Positions 29,545-42,519 of a stretch of DNA of 64,000 bases are shown in pieces. Position 1 is the first letter of the stretch, and every line of letters starts with the position of its first letter. The stretch is from the human T2T-CHM13v2.0 reference genome, Homo sapiens, in assembly GCF_009914755.1 (NCBI RefSeq), contig NC_060925.1. One strand, written 5' to 3'. The position numbers were made by a program, and so were the translations under genes. A model generated the notes under the pieces. The model was not told the origin of the DNA. It did no database searches and was given only the letters and a program-made list of their open reading frames with translations.

Positions 29545-31653
29545 GGCATATTCTTTTCCTAATAATCAAAATAGTTTCCAGGTGGGATTTTAAGAAATCC
29601 ATAATGACTCAGTGTACAGATGGTGTTGAAACCAGATGACTAGATAAAATATCCAGTGCCTAAATTTGAGCTTTAAATAAATAATGAATAATTTTAATAT
29701 GTCCTAAATATCATGAGACATAGTTGTGACAAAAATGACTTATTCTTTATATAAAATTCAAATTTATCCAGGTGTCTTGGTTCTGTTGTTCCATTTTTGT
29801 TTTGTTTTCACTTAATTTGGTAACCTTAGACCTAACTAAAAGATATATTTAACCTTTAATAACCAGCATCCATGATCTGCAAATTATGATTATGAGGGAT
29901 TACATTTAATTTGTAGAATACTTTAATAAAAGTTTATGTATACATATATATATGCATGCCATGTATAACTGTATAGTTAAATATAAATATAATGATCATG
30001 AGAGAGTCCTTTGAAATGGGCAAAAATAGTTATTTCATTTTCTAATCCAATGGTACTACAGAACTAATTCCCTGAACTTTCCCCAACTCATATATTTTGA
30101 GGAAAATATTTTATGGCATTACTTTTGCCATTTTTCAACTGTGTGCTCAAGACGTGAACTAAATAGTTTAAGATAATTAAAAATTCTTGGCAGAAAATGA
30201 AGGCATACTTGGGATGAAATGTCTCATCAACCACAAGGAACATAGGAAATATGTTCTTCCTGTATAGACATTGAAAACATATATGAATAGTTATTGAAAA
30301 TGAATCCACCTAGATTACTAAAACAACAAAACAAAACAAAAATTCCCAAGAGGTACTTGTCTCACTCTCAAAGTGTTTTTAAAAGTAATCATACTGTTGG
30401 ATGACAGTATTGCTGTTTTTCAAATTAAAATGCAGTATCAGCAAAAGCATATTCACTTGTAAGGAAATATTATTGATCATAACATTTTGGAAGACAAAAC
30501 CAAATGCATGAGAGAATCAGTGGTGCTCTAAAAACAAAACTCACAGTTGTGCTAATTTTTGTTAAATTGTTCTACTCCATTTAATTATTTAGCCATTTTA
30601 ATTAATTTAAATGTCCCTTATTAAAATGACTGACCATAAAATACTTCAAATGAATGTATTATTTATGAGCTCAAAAATTACAGGATAGACTTAATTTGGG
30701 AACAGTTCATCGAGAGTGAGAAACATTTAGCGGAAAATTAATTAAATATGAGCCAAAGACTTAACACAACTCTAATTAAATGTTTATTCTTGTGTGTTAT
30801 CTACTCCCATTTTCGTCACAAATAAAAACTCAAGTTTTGCTCATTGCTCCTACTCAAATAAAAATTATTCATTTTCAATTTTAGGTTATGCATTGCAAGG
30901 TATTTCTGTCTTGTGTAAAATGCCTATTATACATTTCAAATCATAATATACAAAAATATATTAACCTGACTCCATAATACTGAAAATTATTATAGAATAT
31001 GAAGAAATGATTCTAATTTTTTAAAGGAATACAGATTATAATACTTAAACTTATATCAGGAGGATAGCTTTTTTAAAAATCTGGCTACAAAAATGTTATA
31101 TTTTGCCAAAAAATCCAAACAAAGGGCATGCTTGTTCATATGTATTTGGCTACATCTTACATCAATTAAAAATCAATTTACTAAATAGCTATTCTATTTA
31201 CTGGAATAGATGTTTTATCTTGAGTTGAATGTATATTGATTCTGGCTTAATGGCTACTAGTAGCTTGTTTTTTACCAGCATAATTTTGCTGCCAGCTCTG
31301 TGAACAAAATGAGTATCAATATGGAAAGCAAGCTGATTGGAGAAGAGGGCAAAGATGTTTCAAGTGTATTTAAAATTTAAAAAATATCTATTTTTGTCTT
31401 GACTATAAGAGTGATATCTTAGTCCAGTTACACACATTTTTCTCATTTCTATAACAAAATTAGTAGAACATATTGATTAAGCTTTTTTATTGGTGAAGAG
31501 GAATAAATTAAAAAATAAGCGTTTTTAAATTCAGACTAGATTTTGTGGATAGACATGCACATGTATTAGCAGACATATATCTTTTCTCTGAAATCTAAAT
31601 ACTTGCAGAAATACTAATTTTCATTTTATATTATGTGGCTGTATCATACGTAC

Positions 31654-31698
31654 TCTTTCACCTGGAGGGCCAGGAGGGCCATCGCCACCTGAAGTGCC
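31654..31698 (-). CDS. COL11A1: COL11A1 exon ~35, 45 nt, [15 protein letters not shown]
   Basis: ggtgccAG|GGC...AGA|GTacgt. Confidence 0.96.
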
Positions 31699-31805
31699 CT
31701 GGCACCAAGAAAAGAAAAGAAAAATCAGTTTGAATTCTTTCTCATAGCATCTGCCTGGAAAAAAAATCTACAGTAACATCCAAACAGAAAAAGTACAGGT
31801 GATAC

Positions 31806-31859
31806 CTTTGGCCCAGGTTTCCCAGTGGGACCTCTTGCACCTCTTGAACCTCGAGGACC
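31806..31859 (-). CDS. COL11A1: COL11A1 exon ~34, 54 nt, [18 protein letters not shown]
   Basis: atctgcAG|GGT...AAG|GTatca. Confidence 0.96.
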
Positions 31860-32005
31860 CTGCAGATGAGAACAAAAGATGAACCCGAACTAATGCCAGA
31901 CAAATCCAAAGACACTAAATCAATTTTTATTTTTGAAAAATAAATTATCTTGATACACTAAATTCAATATGAAAAATGTACATCATTTTAAATCAAGGCA
32001 CCTAC

Positions 32006-32050
32006 CGTTGGACCACGCTGACCCCGAGGGCCTGGTTTGCCAGCTACTCC
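32006..32050 (-). CDS. COL11A1: COL11A1 exon ~33, 45 nt, [15 protein letters not shown]
   Basis: tttgctAG|GGA...ACG|GTaggt. Confidence 0.96.
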
Positions 32051-32137
32051 CTAGCAAAGACAGTTCAATTTCAATATGCAGTATATCACAGTAAATTATG
32101 AGCCTGGTGCTGAGACTGAGTAGTCATGCAAGAACAT

Positions 32138-32282
32138 CATTCATTCATTCATTCATTCGTATTCATTTAGAGACAGACTTGCTATGCTGCCCAGGCTGGC
32201 CTGGAACTCCGGGATTCAAGCAATCCTCCACCTGAGCCTCACAAATATCTGGGAATACAGGCACACACCACTATGTCCAGCT
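32138..32282 (-). mobile_element. FLAM / Alu monomer with (CATT)n-converted tail
   Basis: tagagacag...gctatgctgcccaggctggcctggaactcc...tacaggcacacaccactatgtccagct. Confidence 0.85.
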
Positions 32283-32327
32283 AAGAACACTTATATACAT
32301 AGTTCAAAACATATTTATATATCATAC

Positions 32328-32381
32328 CCGTGCACCTTTCTCTCCATTGGCACCTGGAAACCCAGGGAATCCAGTGGAACC
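32328..32381 (-). CDS. COL11A1: COL11A1 exon ~32, 54 nt, GSTGFPGFPGANGEKGAR
   Basis: tattgtAG|GGT...CGG|GTatga. Confidence 0.96.
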
Positions 32382-33644
32382 CTACAATAATAAAAGTAAA
32401 TAATGAATAAACATGGCAATTAACATTTTCAGTCACAAGATGTAATTTATTTTGGAACAGAGTGATTTTCACACAGCTGTTAATATTTAAATCAAATATA
32501 GAAATTTTAAGATATCATCGAAGTAATTGAAAATGAACTTACAATGACATCTGAAATCCTGGAAGCATTGAAAGCACAAATTGATAAAACATTTTAGTTT
32601 TTAACCTTCTGAATAAATGAATTAATCAAGTATTATTTCATCTCTTGTTATAAAACAGTAATTATAGGACATTTTATAGAAAATGTATTGCAATGTAAAA
32701 TTCTTTGTATTTGCTTCAACTCTAAAGAAAAATCCTATTTTCACAAACAGGAATAGTCAAATATTAAAATAGGAATTTCAGAAAATGTTTTTCCTGAATT
32801 AATATTATCATATGTCTATAGTTACCACTTTTGAGTTGAGTATTTTTACACTTTTAAAACTGGATCAATTCATAGACTAAAAACCTTCCTCCACTTTTTC
32901 GATTTGGTATTTGAATACAACTATATCTAGCTGAAAGTCTATTTCAGGCACCCAAGCATTAAAACTCTGTTTTTTAGAATTCTGAAGACATAATTTTGAG
33001 ATTTATGTTAGTTATGCATCAGCTAAATGTATCAGCTAAGTAAGTTTGGTACATTACTTATGCGCATCAAGTATAGATTTTTCTTCTGCAAAGTGAGGGC
33101 AGTAATACACACCTTACAGGTAATTTGAAATTTGTGGGACTGAAAAAAAGAATGCTTGGTATAAAAATAATAATAATGTATAATTAATAATTATTTTAAA
33201 ATGAAATGTTTATAAAAACACTATTTCATTTACAAATGGCCACATTTTACAGATGGAATACAATATAATCCCCAATAACCAAATTTCCCATATGATCTTG
33301 CACATATATCTAAATTTTTATCTTCTCATTTAGTTGATCATGATTGTGATTAGCTTCCCTCATCACTGTATCATAAAATAGAGAAGATTAGTGTTCACAT
33401 CCTTGCTGCTCAACTTGTTAATTATGAGACCCTGAAAAGGAAGAAGTGGAGAGTTTTCCTGTTTAGATCACTGTATGGATTAAGTGCAATAATACGTAAA
33501 ATGTCTAGCCTCTGTGAGAATACTAGACATCAAATTTTACAAACTTCCCCATATATTAAGGGAAATATAACAAAGCCTTGTTTGACTTGAATACACTCCT
33601 TTCTTTTTTTAATCCACTCACTTGCATTGAAATACCCCTAAAAA

Positions 33645-33840
33645 TAATGTTTCTCCAAGTGATACATGGCTCCTCTGTATCAGAATAATCTAGAGTAGTT
33701 GCTAAAAATATGGATTGCTAAGGCACACTCCACATCTACTGAAACTGAAACAGACTCTCTGGCAGTGAGGTCCAGGAATCTGAATTTTTACCAACCTCTC
33801 GGGGTCACATGTACTGTGAAATCTTAGAAGTCTTGAAGCT
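33645..33840. mobile_element. MER5-like hAT-Charlie fragment
   Basis: atcagaataatctagag...tactgaaac...gaggtccaggaatctgaatttttacc. Confidence 0.6.
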
Positions 33841-34976
33841 GTATTCTCAGGCATGTACAGTTGGAATAGCCAGGTGTAGAGTATTACCTACTCACAGGAG
33901 GTAACTATTTGGCCCTATTCCCAATTTGAAAGCAGTGAATATTACACACTTATCAGGAAGGTAAGATGCTAGCAATTTGTATTTCCTACATGATGCTATT
34001 AAAGCAGGTCAGTAAAATTGTATGTGATGCCCTATGGCAGCTGATAGTCAAAATAATAACCTGAAGGATGCACTGCTAAGCTGTTTTTTATAACATGTTT
34101 TCCTGTATGTTTCAATACATGCCTATACAGCTAACTTGTGATCAACCTGAGAACAATTATTAGGATGTGTAATATTCACGTACTGGGGAAAAAAATCTCT
34201 GCACATTACATTTTGAAGAGCTTTCAAAATCTCTTTTCTTTCTCTACACAGAATCAGTTAGCTACGTCTAGCACAGTATTACTATGTGACTATTACAGGA
34301 ATTGGACAAATGATTATAATACAGTATGAAAATAAAAATTTTGAGGGGGGGGGACAAATATTCAGTTCTGTCCTGACTAGAAGAGGTAACAGCATATTTA
34401 TAGATACTTCATTTAAGCAAAGAGATATTATGCACCAATTTTGTTTTTCATAAATGTATATACTTACGTAGAGTTTCTACTCTAGGAAATTGATAGAAAA
34501 CACAGAAAAATGACCAACCTACCCAATTAATCAGTTGAATATATGGAAATGTTATTTTTTGCTTCCCATATAAGGAATTATCACCAAAATATATAATTTC
34601 TATGAAACAGTATTACCCGTTTTTATATGGAAACACACAAAGGCCATAAAGTCAAAGATTAATTGTGAAATTGGCTCAGTCAATAAATGTGAAACTAAAA
34701 ATGTGAAATTTTTAAAATGCTGTCTGAAATATAAAGGTATCCTACCTTAAAATAGATTTTATTTTAGAAACAGCTATCATTTTATAGCACATGTGGTGCT
34801 ACATCTTTTTAATACCTTTATGGTTTATATTGCTACTAAGCAATTAATAAGATGTCAAATTACAGGCCTTAATCTGCTTGAAAGAGACTGGTAAAGGCAT
34901 TTCATTTTAGTAAAAAAAAAATTTAAATTTATTCAAAATTCATCAGCTTACACATAGGAAAAAATACGAAGCTATC

Positions 34977-35029
34977 TTTCATTTTGGATGTCCCAGTTTT
35001 TCATTTTTGATGTCCCAGTTTTTCATTTT
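34977..35029. repeat. 22-nt tandem repeat, 2.4 copies
   Basis: tttcatttt(g/t)gatgtcccagtt repeated. Confidence 0.9.
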
Positions 35030-36042
35030 AGAACAGAGAAACTTTAAAGCTTTTTGATCATAGAAATAATAAATGAGTTATGAAGAGAAGCAATATGAAG
35101 AAATAAAGAATAAAATTCCAGACATTTCAGTAAAAGGATTAAAAAATGTTGGATACCTCTAGGAGGAAACATTTCTGTTGTTATTCTGTTGCATTTTGTT
35201 AATAAAAACAATTCAAAGATTATTGATCAGAGAACTTAGGGAAAAAACGGGATTTTAAATAAATTCATAAAATAAAATTCTACTCATTCATGTAATATTG
35301 TGACAGATTCCTATATTTTTAAATCAAAACAAAACAATTGCAATTTAACTTAATAAATAGATCAAGAATGCATGAAGTGATGTAAGGATAGCTTGAGGTC
35401 CTGGATTATGCAGTGAATGGCTTCTTTTACTGATAATATTTGTGAAAATGCTTGACATTTGAAAGGAAGCTAACTGGGAGACAGAGCAGTATATTAGAGA
35501 TAATATTTAAATGATAAAAAGTATTAATCAGTGTCCTGAGTACAGCCAGAAAATATTTAAATTATGCCTGTATTATTTTTAAATCACAGATGCCGTAAAT
35601 CTTATTTTAGAAGGGTTCAAAAGCATTATATTTAGCCCCTGCTACTCAAGGAAGTATTTTTGGGGAAACTCAATGAAAAAATTGTAAGACAAAGCTGTAT
35701 AGCAAGCCTAAGACAGTGTTATCACGTGGCAATGAGGGAACACAATGACATGCAGTTTACATATTCAGGGAGAAGGATATTTTTGTCTCCCATAATTACA
35801 TGTGAAACTTATGAATAGACACACGTTTAAGAATGTTACAGAAACAGGATTTGCCATACCTATTGTTTCTGTTATGCCTGAATGGGTCAAACTCAATAAA
35901 CTGATAGATTGATATAATCTCATGTACATATAACTAAAAGAATGATAAAACTGAAACTATCCCGCACTTCTCTGTCTCCCTCCTGTATCATAACCATTCT
36001 GTAATTAATAATCAACATTTATATATTAATTCACTTAACAGG

Positions 36043-36099
36043 CTTAACTACTGAATGCATCAAGTGCATTCACTTAACTACTGAATGCATCAAGTGCAT
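36043..36099. repeat. 30-nt-period tandem duplication
   Basis: cttaactactgaatgcatcaagtgcat at 36043-36069 and 36073-36099. Confidence 0.92.
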
Positions 36100-36226
36100 C
36101 CTTAACAAAGTTTTATGATAGGTTTGAGAAAAATTAGTACACCGAGGTAAATATGCATTTTGAAAACCATATTTTTTATGCTTAAAATATGTATATTTCA
36201 AATAGCCAAAAATGAGATTTGAGTGA

Positions 36227-36681
36227 TGCAGCGAATTGAATGGTGGCTCCTGAAAATTTATATCCATATACAAATCTATGGAATCTGTGAATGTTACCTT
36301 ACTTGGAAAAGAAAAAAAAGTCTTGCCAAATGCTATTAAATTAAGGAAATGGGATCCACCTGGATTGCCTAGGTGGTCCCTAAATCCAATGGCAAGTGTT
36401 CTTACAAGAGACAGAAGAGAATAAGACACACAGAAAAAAGGCCAGTTAAGAAGGGAACAGAGATTGGAGTCATGAAGTCACAAGCCAAGGAATGCCTGGG
36501 GCCACCAGAAGCTGGGAGAGGCAAGGACAGATTCTTTACTAGAAACTCTGGAGGGAGCATGGCCCTATGACACCATGATTTCATACTTCTGTCCTCCAGA
36601 ACTGTAAGGCAGTGAATTTCTGTTGTTTTAAGTTAATACGTTTGTGGAGATTTGTCATAGCAACCCTGGAAAAAAAATACT
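36227..36681 (+). mobile_element. Solo ERVL-MaLR LTR (MLT1C-like)
   Basis: tgtgaatgttaccttacttgga...caagccaaggaatgcctggggccaccagaagctgg...tccagaactgtaag...tttctgttgttttaag. Confidence 0.88.
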
Positions 36682-37085
36682 CATGGAAATGAGGGTAATA
36701 GTGTGAAAGGTGTATTAATTTTAAAAAATCAAGTGGTAATTTAAACCCTTAGGATAATAGAAAGGAAATCAAAAGCCGTTATGCATCAAATGTTTCCATG
36801 TTAAAACTTCCAGATATACTAGGATATTTCTTGTTCCAATTACAAAGAATTACCGATTATGCCTTCGTTTCATGATTCCTTCTCCTAAAATACTGCAATC
36901 CATAATCACCTAAGCTCTTTGAGCTCCCTGCACTCCAGGCGTCCACACACTCTATGATTTTCCTTGTGAAATTATTTTTAAGTACTCATCATAATATAGA
37001 GATGTTACAAATTGTAAGGTAATCATAAGTGATTAATATTATCTTCACGAAATGTTAATAAACTATAAATATCAAGCTGTTTTAC

Positions 37086-37139
37086 CTTTGGACCTTGTCT
37101 TCCTGGATATCCTGGTAATCCTGGAACTCCAAGTTTTCC
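37086..37139 (-). CDS. COL11A1: COL11A1 exon ~31, 54 nt, GKLGVPGLPGYPGRQGPK
   Basis: aactgtAG|GGA...AAG|GTaaaa. Confidence 0.96.
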
Positions 37140-39068
37140 CTACAGTTAAAATATATAATAATCAAAGTAATATTTTAAGTTGAATTAAGCTTAAATAATG
37201 ATTTCAATTTTTTTTAAATATTAGAATCACATATTGTACACTCAAAAGGAAGATTTGCAGATTTTTGTCATTATTTACCTTCATTATATTTCTTCACGTG
37301 AATAAGAAAATTGTTGCTTTGAACATATTTCTAATGTTATAATGTTGCCTAACTTAACCTTTATTATATAAGTGGTAGTGCCTTCTTTAGGTACATGAAC
37401 CCTGAGGTTTTAAAGAGAACTCTGCACTTCTTTGTGAATTCTAAAGCATGGTTAAAAATACTTCTAAGCTTTTTCAACATTAAATACTATTTTAAATTAG
37501 TGATGTAACTGGCACAATATTTAGATTTTATCCCTTCAACCAGAGTAAATCTTTTTGATACAGTTATTTCATTTACCCCAGTCTAAACATAAAACAAGGG
37601 ATCATGAGTTACTTAACTTTTCTCAATGAGTAAGTAAACCTAGATATGCAAAGAAATTCAGAATTAAATTTTAAGACAAATTTCTTCTTTCACTCTAACA
37701 TGCTGAAATATCTGGACTAATAAATATAATATGTGTTGAGAGCTTTAGCTAATAATGATGGTTTTTGTGGAGTGTTTATTCCTCCAAGCAGGGAACTGAA
37801 TATACTATTTTGTTCCAGTGCAATAAGGTTACCTTTCAATCTGAAAGTGCTAAAACAAAATTTAAGTTATAATGAAGTCCAACAATGTGTAACAAATACC
37901 AGATGGTTTCAAATATTATCCTAAACAATTTACTTCCCTATGATTTCTATCTGAACAAAACATTAATTAAAAAAAAACACAGGTAAAAAGATAAAAAAAG
38001 AATTGAATAAAATATGTATGTGGAATTTTACTGTGCATCCATTTACCTAATAAGATACTTACAAAAGCACACTTCATTTATAAAATATTATTTACTAATG
38101 TCTTAAACATTAGAAAGCATAATGTATCATTATTTTCAATGTACATTGAACAACTAAAAATGGAAAACAAACACAAGTTCAAATTTGTATGTGCATTGAT
38201 AAAAGATGAACAGAAGCTTATAAATAAAAATAAGTATTTTACTGGATGAAATAAGGCAAAAAATTAAGAACATGGTTTATGACCTTGTTAGTACAGATTG
38301 AACTAAAGAGTTGTCCAAGTCATGATCAGCATTACATAGATAAGTAGTCTTCAGATGGAAAATATCAAACAAACCCTAAGAAGCATACTTATAATGATGT
38401 TCCCTTGGATATATTAAGTTATCACAGCTTGTTTTACACCATCAATTTCAGGATAAGTAAAATTATCTAATTCTGATCACAAGCTATTTGTTTTCTTTGG
38501 TAATTACCACATTAGAATGTATGTATATACTCTAATTCATTTTAGAGTCATTTTAAAATAAATTCTGGCAGAAAGTTTGTATTTTCAACAGGATGATAGG
38601 CAACTTCAATAAACTAACATATACTAATGAAATGTTAAAGAAGAAAAGAACTGTGGGGTAGTTTAAGCTCCTGATTTATCACAATAGCTTGTGTGACTGT
38701 TTACACATGATAGAGCCTAAGAAGACAGGAAGGTCCCAGGATACCCTTTTAACCACTGGCCTTGAGCATTTTAAGGGAAAGGGTTTAAACGCCCCATAAG
38801 GCCTTGTTTTCCCCTGATCTTTTTCTTTTGCTGCCAAATCACTATAACATTGCTCATTAATTTACAATTAGCAATGTTTTTTCAAAGTGTGAAACTGTAG
38901 AAGTTGCAAAGTATGAAACCCGATAAGAACTGTCACATTAGATGATTCATAAGGACATGAGGAATTTTCTTTTTGACTATTCACACTCTCTATCTAATAC
39001 CTATATCATATATTTTCTTTCTGAGATAGAACGGTGGGGGCTTCTATTTGTAATTTTCTTAAATAGCA

Positions 39069-39510
39069 TTATTGCGGCACTATTCACAATAGCAAAGACT
39101 TGGAACCAACCCAAATGTTCAACAATGATAGACTGGATTAAGAAAATGTGGCACATATACACCATGGAATACTATGCAGCCATAAAAATGATGAGTTCAT
39201 GTCCTTTGTAGGGACATGGATGAAGCTGGAAACCATCCTTCTCAGCAAACTATCGCAAGGACAAAAAACCAAGCACCGCATGTTCTCACTCACAGGTGGG
39301 AATTGAACAATGAGAACACATGGACACAGGAAGGGGAACGTCACACACCAGGGCCTGTTGTGGGGTGGGGGGAGGGGGGAGGGATAGCATTAGGAGATAT
39401 ACCTAATGTAAATGAAGAGTTAATGGGTGCAGCACACCAACATGGCACATGTATACATATGTAACTAACCTGCACGTTGTGCATTAAAGTATAGTAAAAA
39501 ATAAAATAAA
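39069..39510 (+). mobile_element. 5'-truncated L1PA (L1PA4/5-like) 3' end
   Basis: ORF2 C-terminus (IAALFTIAKTWNQPKC..IDWIKKMWHIYTMEYYAAIK), 3' UTR G-tract, A tail; no clear TSD. Confidence 0.95.
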
Positions 39511-39536
39511 GAAATTATGGAATGTTTGTTGTAGAA

Positions 39537-40446
39537 AATATAGACATACACATATAGAAAAGGAAACATTTGAATTATACCAGCAAGAGATTACTGATAT
39601 TTTGCTTTAGTGTATATAATGTAATAACACTTGTCATAGACAGTTCTTGCTTGTCATCATAGACAAATGTTATTACATTATAACATGAAGTCAAATTTCA
39701 ATGTTGCCTAATATTATATTGAAATATAAATGTAATGGTTGCAAATCTTTTTGACGCAACACATAATGCCCCGTGTCTCTCAACCAATGAATATGATAAT
39801 TATCTGGGGATGTTTTAAAACATATTGATATTGTGTCAAGCCCAGATTAAAATTAAAATCTCTTGAAGTTGGGCCTGAATACCAGTATTTTTTAATAGAC
39901 TTATTATGTGAAATGCATGTTTAAGTGGAAAAAATAAAAGATGATTCTACTTGGTGTAAAACCTTAAGTAGACCCTCTTTCATTGATTCTTTCATCCTTT
40001 AATCACACATCCTTTAATTCTCAACATCTAATGTGGAAGAACTCTAAGAGTAGCTGATTCCACATGGCCGAGGAGGGCATAGAAGACTAGAAAATAAGGA
40101 GAAGTGACAAAAGAAGTGTTCATCTCATAATTACACCTCTTAGGAGTATTTAATAGGAATTTAACAGAATTCCCTATTTAATATAGACATATACATGTAG
40201 GATATATATATATATGTATGTATATGAAAGAAAAGGAATCATTTTAATTCTATCCATAAGATATTATATTTTGCTTTAGTGTATATAATGTGATAACACT
40301 TGTCATAGACATTTCTTGCTTTTTTTTTTTTAAATTTAACTTCACAGTACATTATAGAAAATTTAAGGTGTCACTAAATACTTTCTGGAGGCAAATTTTA
40401 ATGTTGCCTAATATTACACTGAAACGTAAATGTAATGGTTGCAAAT
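39537..40446. repeat. Dispersed direct duplication (39537-39746 and 40180-40446)
   Basis: Shared blocks aatatagacata, tattttgctttagtgtatataatgt.ataacacttgtcatagaca.ttcttgctt and aatgttgcctaatatta...taaatgtaatggttgcaaat. Confidence 0.9.
39775..39920. mobile_element. MER5B-like fragment
   Basis: aattatctggggatgttttaaaacata...aaaatctcttgaagttgggcctgaataccagtattttttaa. Confidence 0.5.
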
Positions 40447-40571
40447 TTAAAATGATAATGAAACATTTTATCTTTAATGTAGTAAGAACTCAATTTCTGA
40501 CACCAGTTATTGAAAGAAATTTAAATGATAATGAAACATCAGCTGCAAGAGTACCAGTGAATTTAAAGTCA

Positions 40572-40712
<141 letters not shown>

Positions 40713-40719
40713 TTATGAG

Positions 40720-41453
40720 TGAAACGTCCTTTACAAAAATTGTAACAGGGAAAAAATTATGACAGTGAAACAGATCTGATATAATAAACTCCATCTTGCC
40801 TTTTACCTTCAAACTGCCCTTGATCGTTCCTGGGCATGGAGCAAGCTAACATTGGGAGAAATGTACTTTATAGTTTAAATGATGATAGTCTTTCCCCAAA
40901 CAAATCTGCCTTTATAAAAACTAATACAAAGCCACAAGGTTAGAATTATGAGAGGGGTGTGAATTCCACTAAAATGTAGTCATAGTAAAAAATTACCAGC
41001 CATTGTTCCGAAAGTTACAATGTTTATAACTTCCCCAATTACTCCTGTAAATAACATCACTACGTAGAACATAAGATTAGCCTTTTGAGATGTCTTTTCA
41101 GACTTTTGCATTTCTGACAACCAGCTGACTCCACTCAGACCCATGATTCGTGATTTAACTGGCCTCATGTTCCCCAGCCAGAAGCTGAATCAGCACACAA
41201 GGACCATTTTCCATATCCCTATGATTGCATCCTCAACCAAGCAGCAGTTCTCATTTCCTAGCCTCCTGCTCACCAAACTATCTTTAAAAAACCCTATCCT
41301 CCAAATTTTTGTGGAGGCTAATTTGAGTAATAATAAAACTCTAGTCTCCTATTCAGCTAACTGTATGCATAGAGAAAGAGTTTGCAATTCCCCTGTCTGG
41401 ATAAATAGGCCCTGTCTGGGCAGCAGGCAAGATAAACCCATCAGGCAGTTACA
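40720..41453 (+). mobile_element. Solo ERV1 LTR (LTR8 family, LTR8B-like)
   Basis: TG...CA termini (tgaaacgtcctttacaaaaat...ggcagttaca); internal actccatcttgcc, aacttccccaattactcctg and ccttttgagatgtcttttcag match my recalled LTR8B consensus. Confidence 0.85.
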
Positions 41454-42185
41454 AAAATATATTTGGAGATTGAAAGGCATAAATTACAGTCTGTTGAAAG
41501 TCAGAGTTTTCAACTTTGGTGTGTTTACTCATGTTTTTGTTCATGAAAAAGAGGCTTGAAAGTGTTTGACTTAATCAATCTTTTCATATTTAATAAACAA
41601 CTGAATATAGTCTGATATTTGAAAATCTACAAAAGCTGAATCATATCATATATGACATTAAATTGCTTTTAATGCACCTGTGTTATAGAGAGAGGGAAAA
41701 ATAATAATAAAGATTGTTCAGCAGCTTTGGAAATTACTGTTTGGAACACAAGAAAAATGTCTCTCTTTTGTACGTGGCTTTTATCTTTAACGTTTAAGAA
41801 CTTGTATATGGATGTTATTGCCCCCAATCCTGCATGCAGACTTCATTTGAATTTTAGGAAAAGAAATATTTTCTATAGAATGCTTCTTTATTCAGATGTA
41901 TTAGGTACTAGTATATTACTTAAAAATAAATCTTCCCAATAAAGCATTTAATTTGCTTTAGATAACTAATATTTCTGTTTGTTTTCTATAATGTATTACT
42001 AGAAAAAACTACCATTTTTACATTCAAAAATTGAACACCACCATATAATGAAAATTCATGAAAGTTACAGACGTATACTTTCCAGGCAGCATAGCTCATT
42101 ATATATGAACAAAATTTAGAGCAAACTTATCAAATTACTTCTAGTAATTTGATCTAACTTTCTAATGTCCTGTGTATAAATACTA

Positions 42186-42231
42186 ACACGTGTGTGTGCA
42201 TGTGTGTGTGTGTGTGTGCACGCGTGCATGC
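42186..42231. repeat. 46-nt perfect purine-pyrimidine alternation with (TG)n core
   Basis: Directly visible. Confidence 0.92.
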
Positions 42232-42465
42232 TCATGTTTATTATGGAACCTATGGAAATATAACATCTAAAAGACAATTGATACTACACTATCTCCACAA
42301 AAATTAAAATCCTTAAATCTTTGTATAAAAACTTAAATGAGTAAAGACTTAGGTAGTACAAACATTTTATTTATCATATGCTTACTATATTTAAAGATAA
42401 GCAAAGGAAAAAATATATATATATATTAAATTTTGTGTACTGGTGTACATTTTCTCTATACTTAC

Positions 42466-42519
42466 TCTGTCACCTTTTAGACCCATGTCACCTTTGAATC
42501 CTGGAAAACCATCTTCACC
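42466..42519 (-). CDS. COL11A1: COL11A1 exon ~29, 54 nt, GEDGFPGFKGDMGLKGDR
   Basis: tgttttAG|GGT...AGA|GTaagt. Confidence 0.96.

Noticed and set aside
34977-36099. Short direct repeats as a CRISPR-like array
   Set aside because: Each has only two adjacent copies without unique spacers, in a mammalian intron.
38942-39464. ORFs resembling a reverse-transcriptase protein C-terminus
   Set aside because: They come from a truncated, frameshifted L1 ORF2 tail and 3' UTR; the G-tract at about 39362-39383 is the standard L1 3' UTR feature.
41143-41559. Longest ORF in the track (138 aa)
   Set aside because: It lies mostly within the LTR8-family element and has no recognisable domain.
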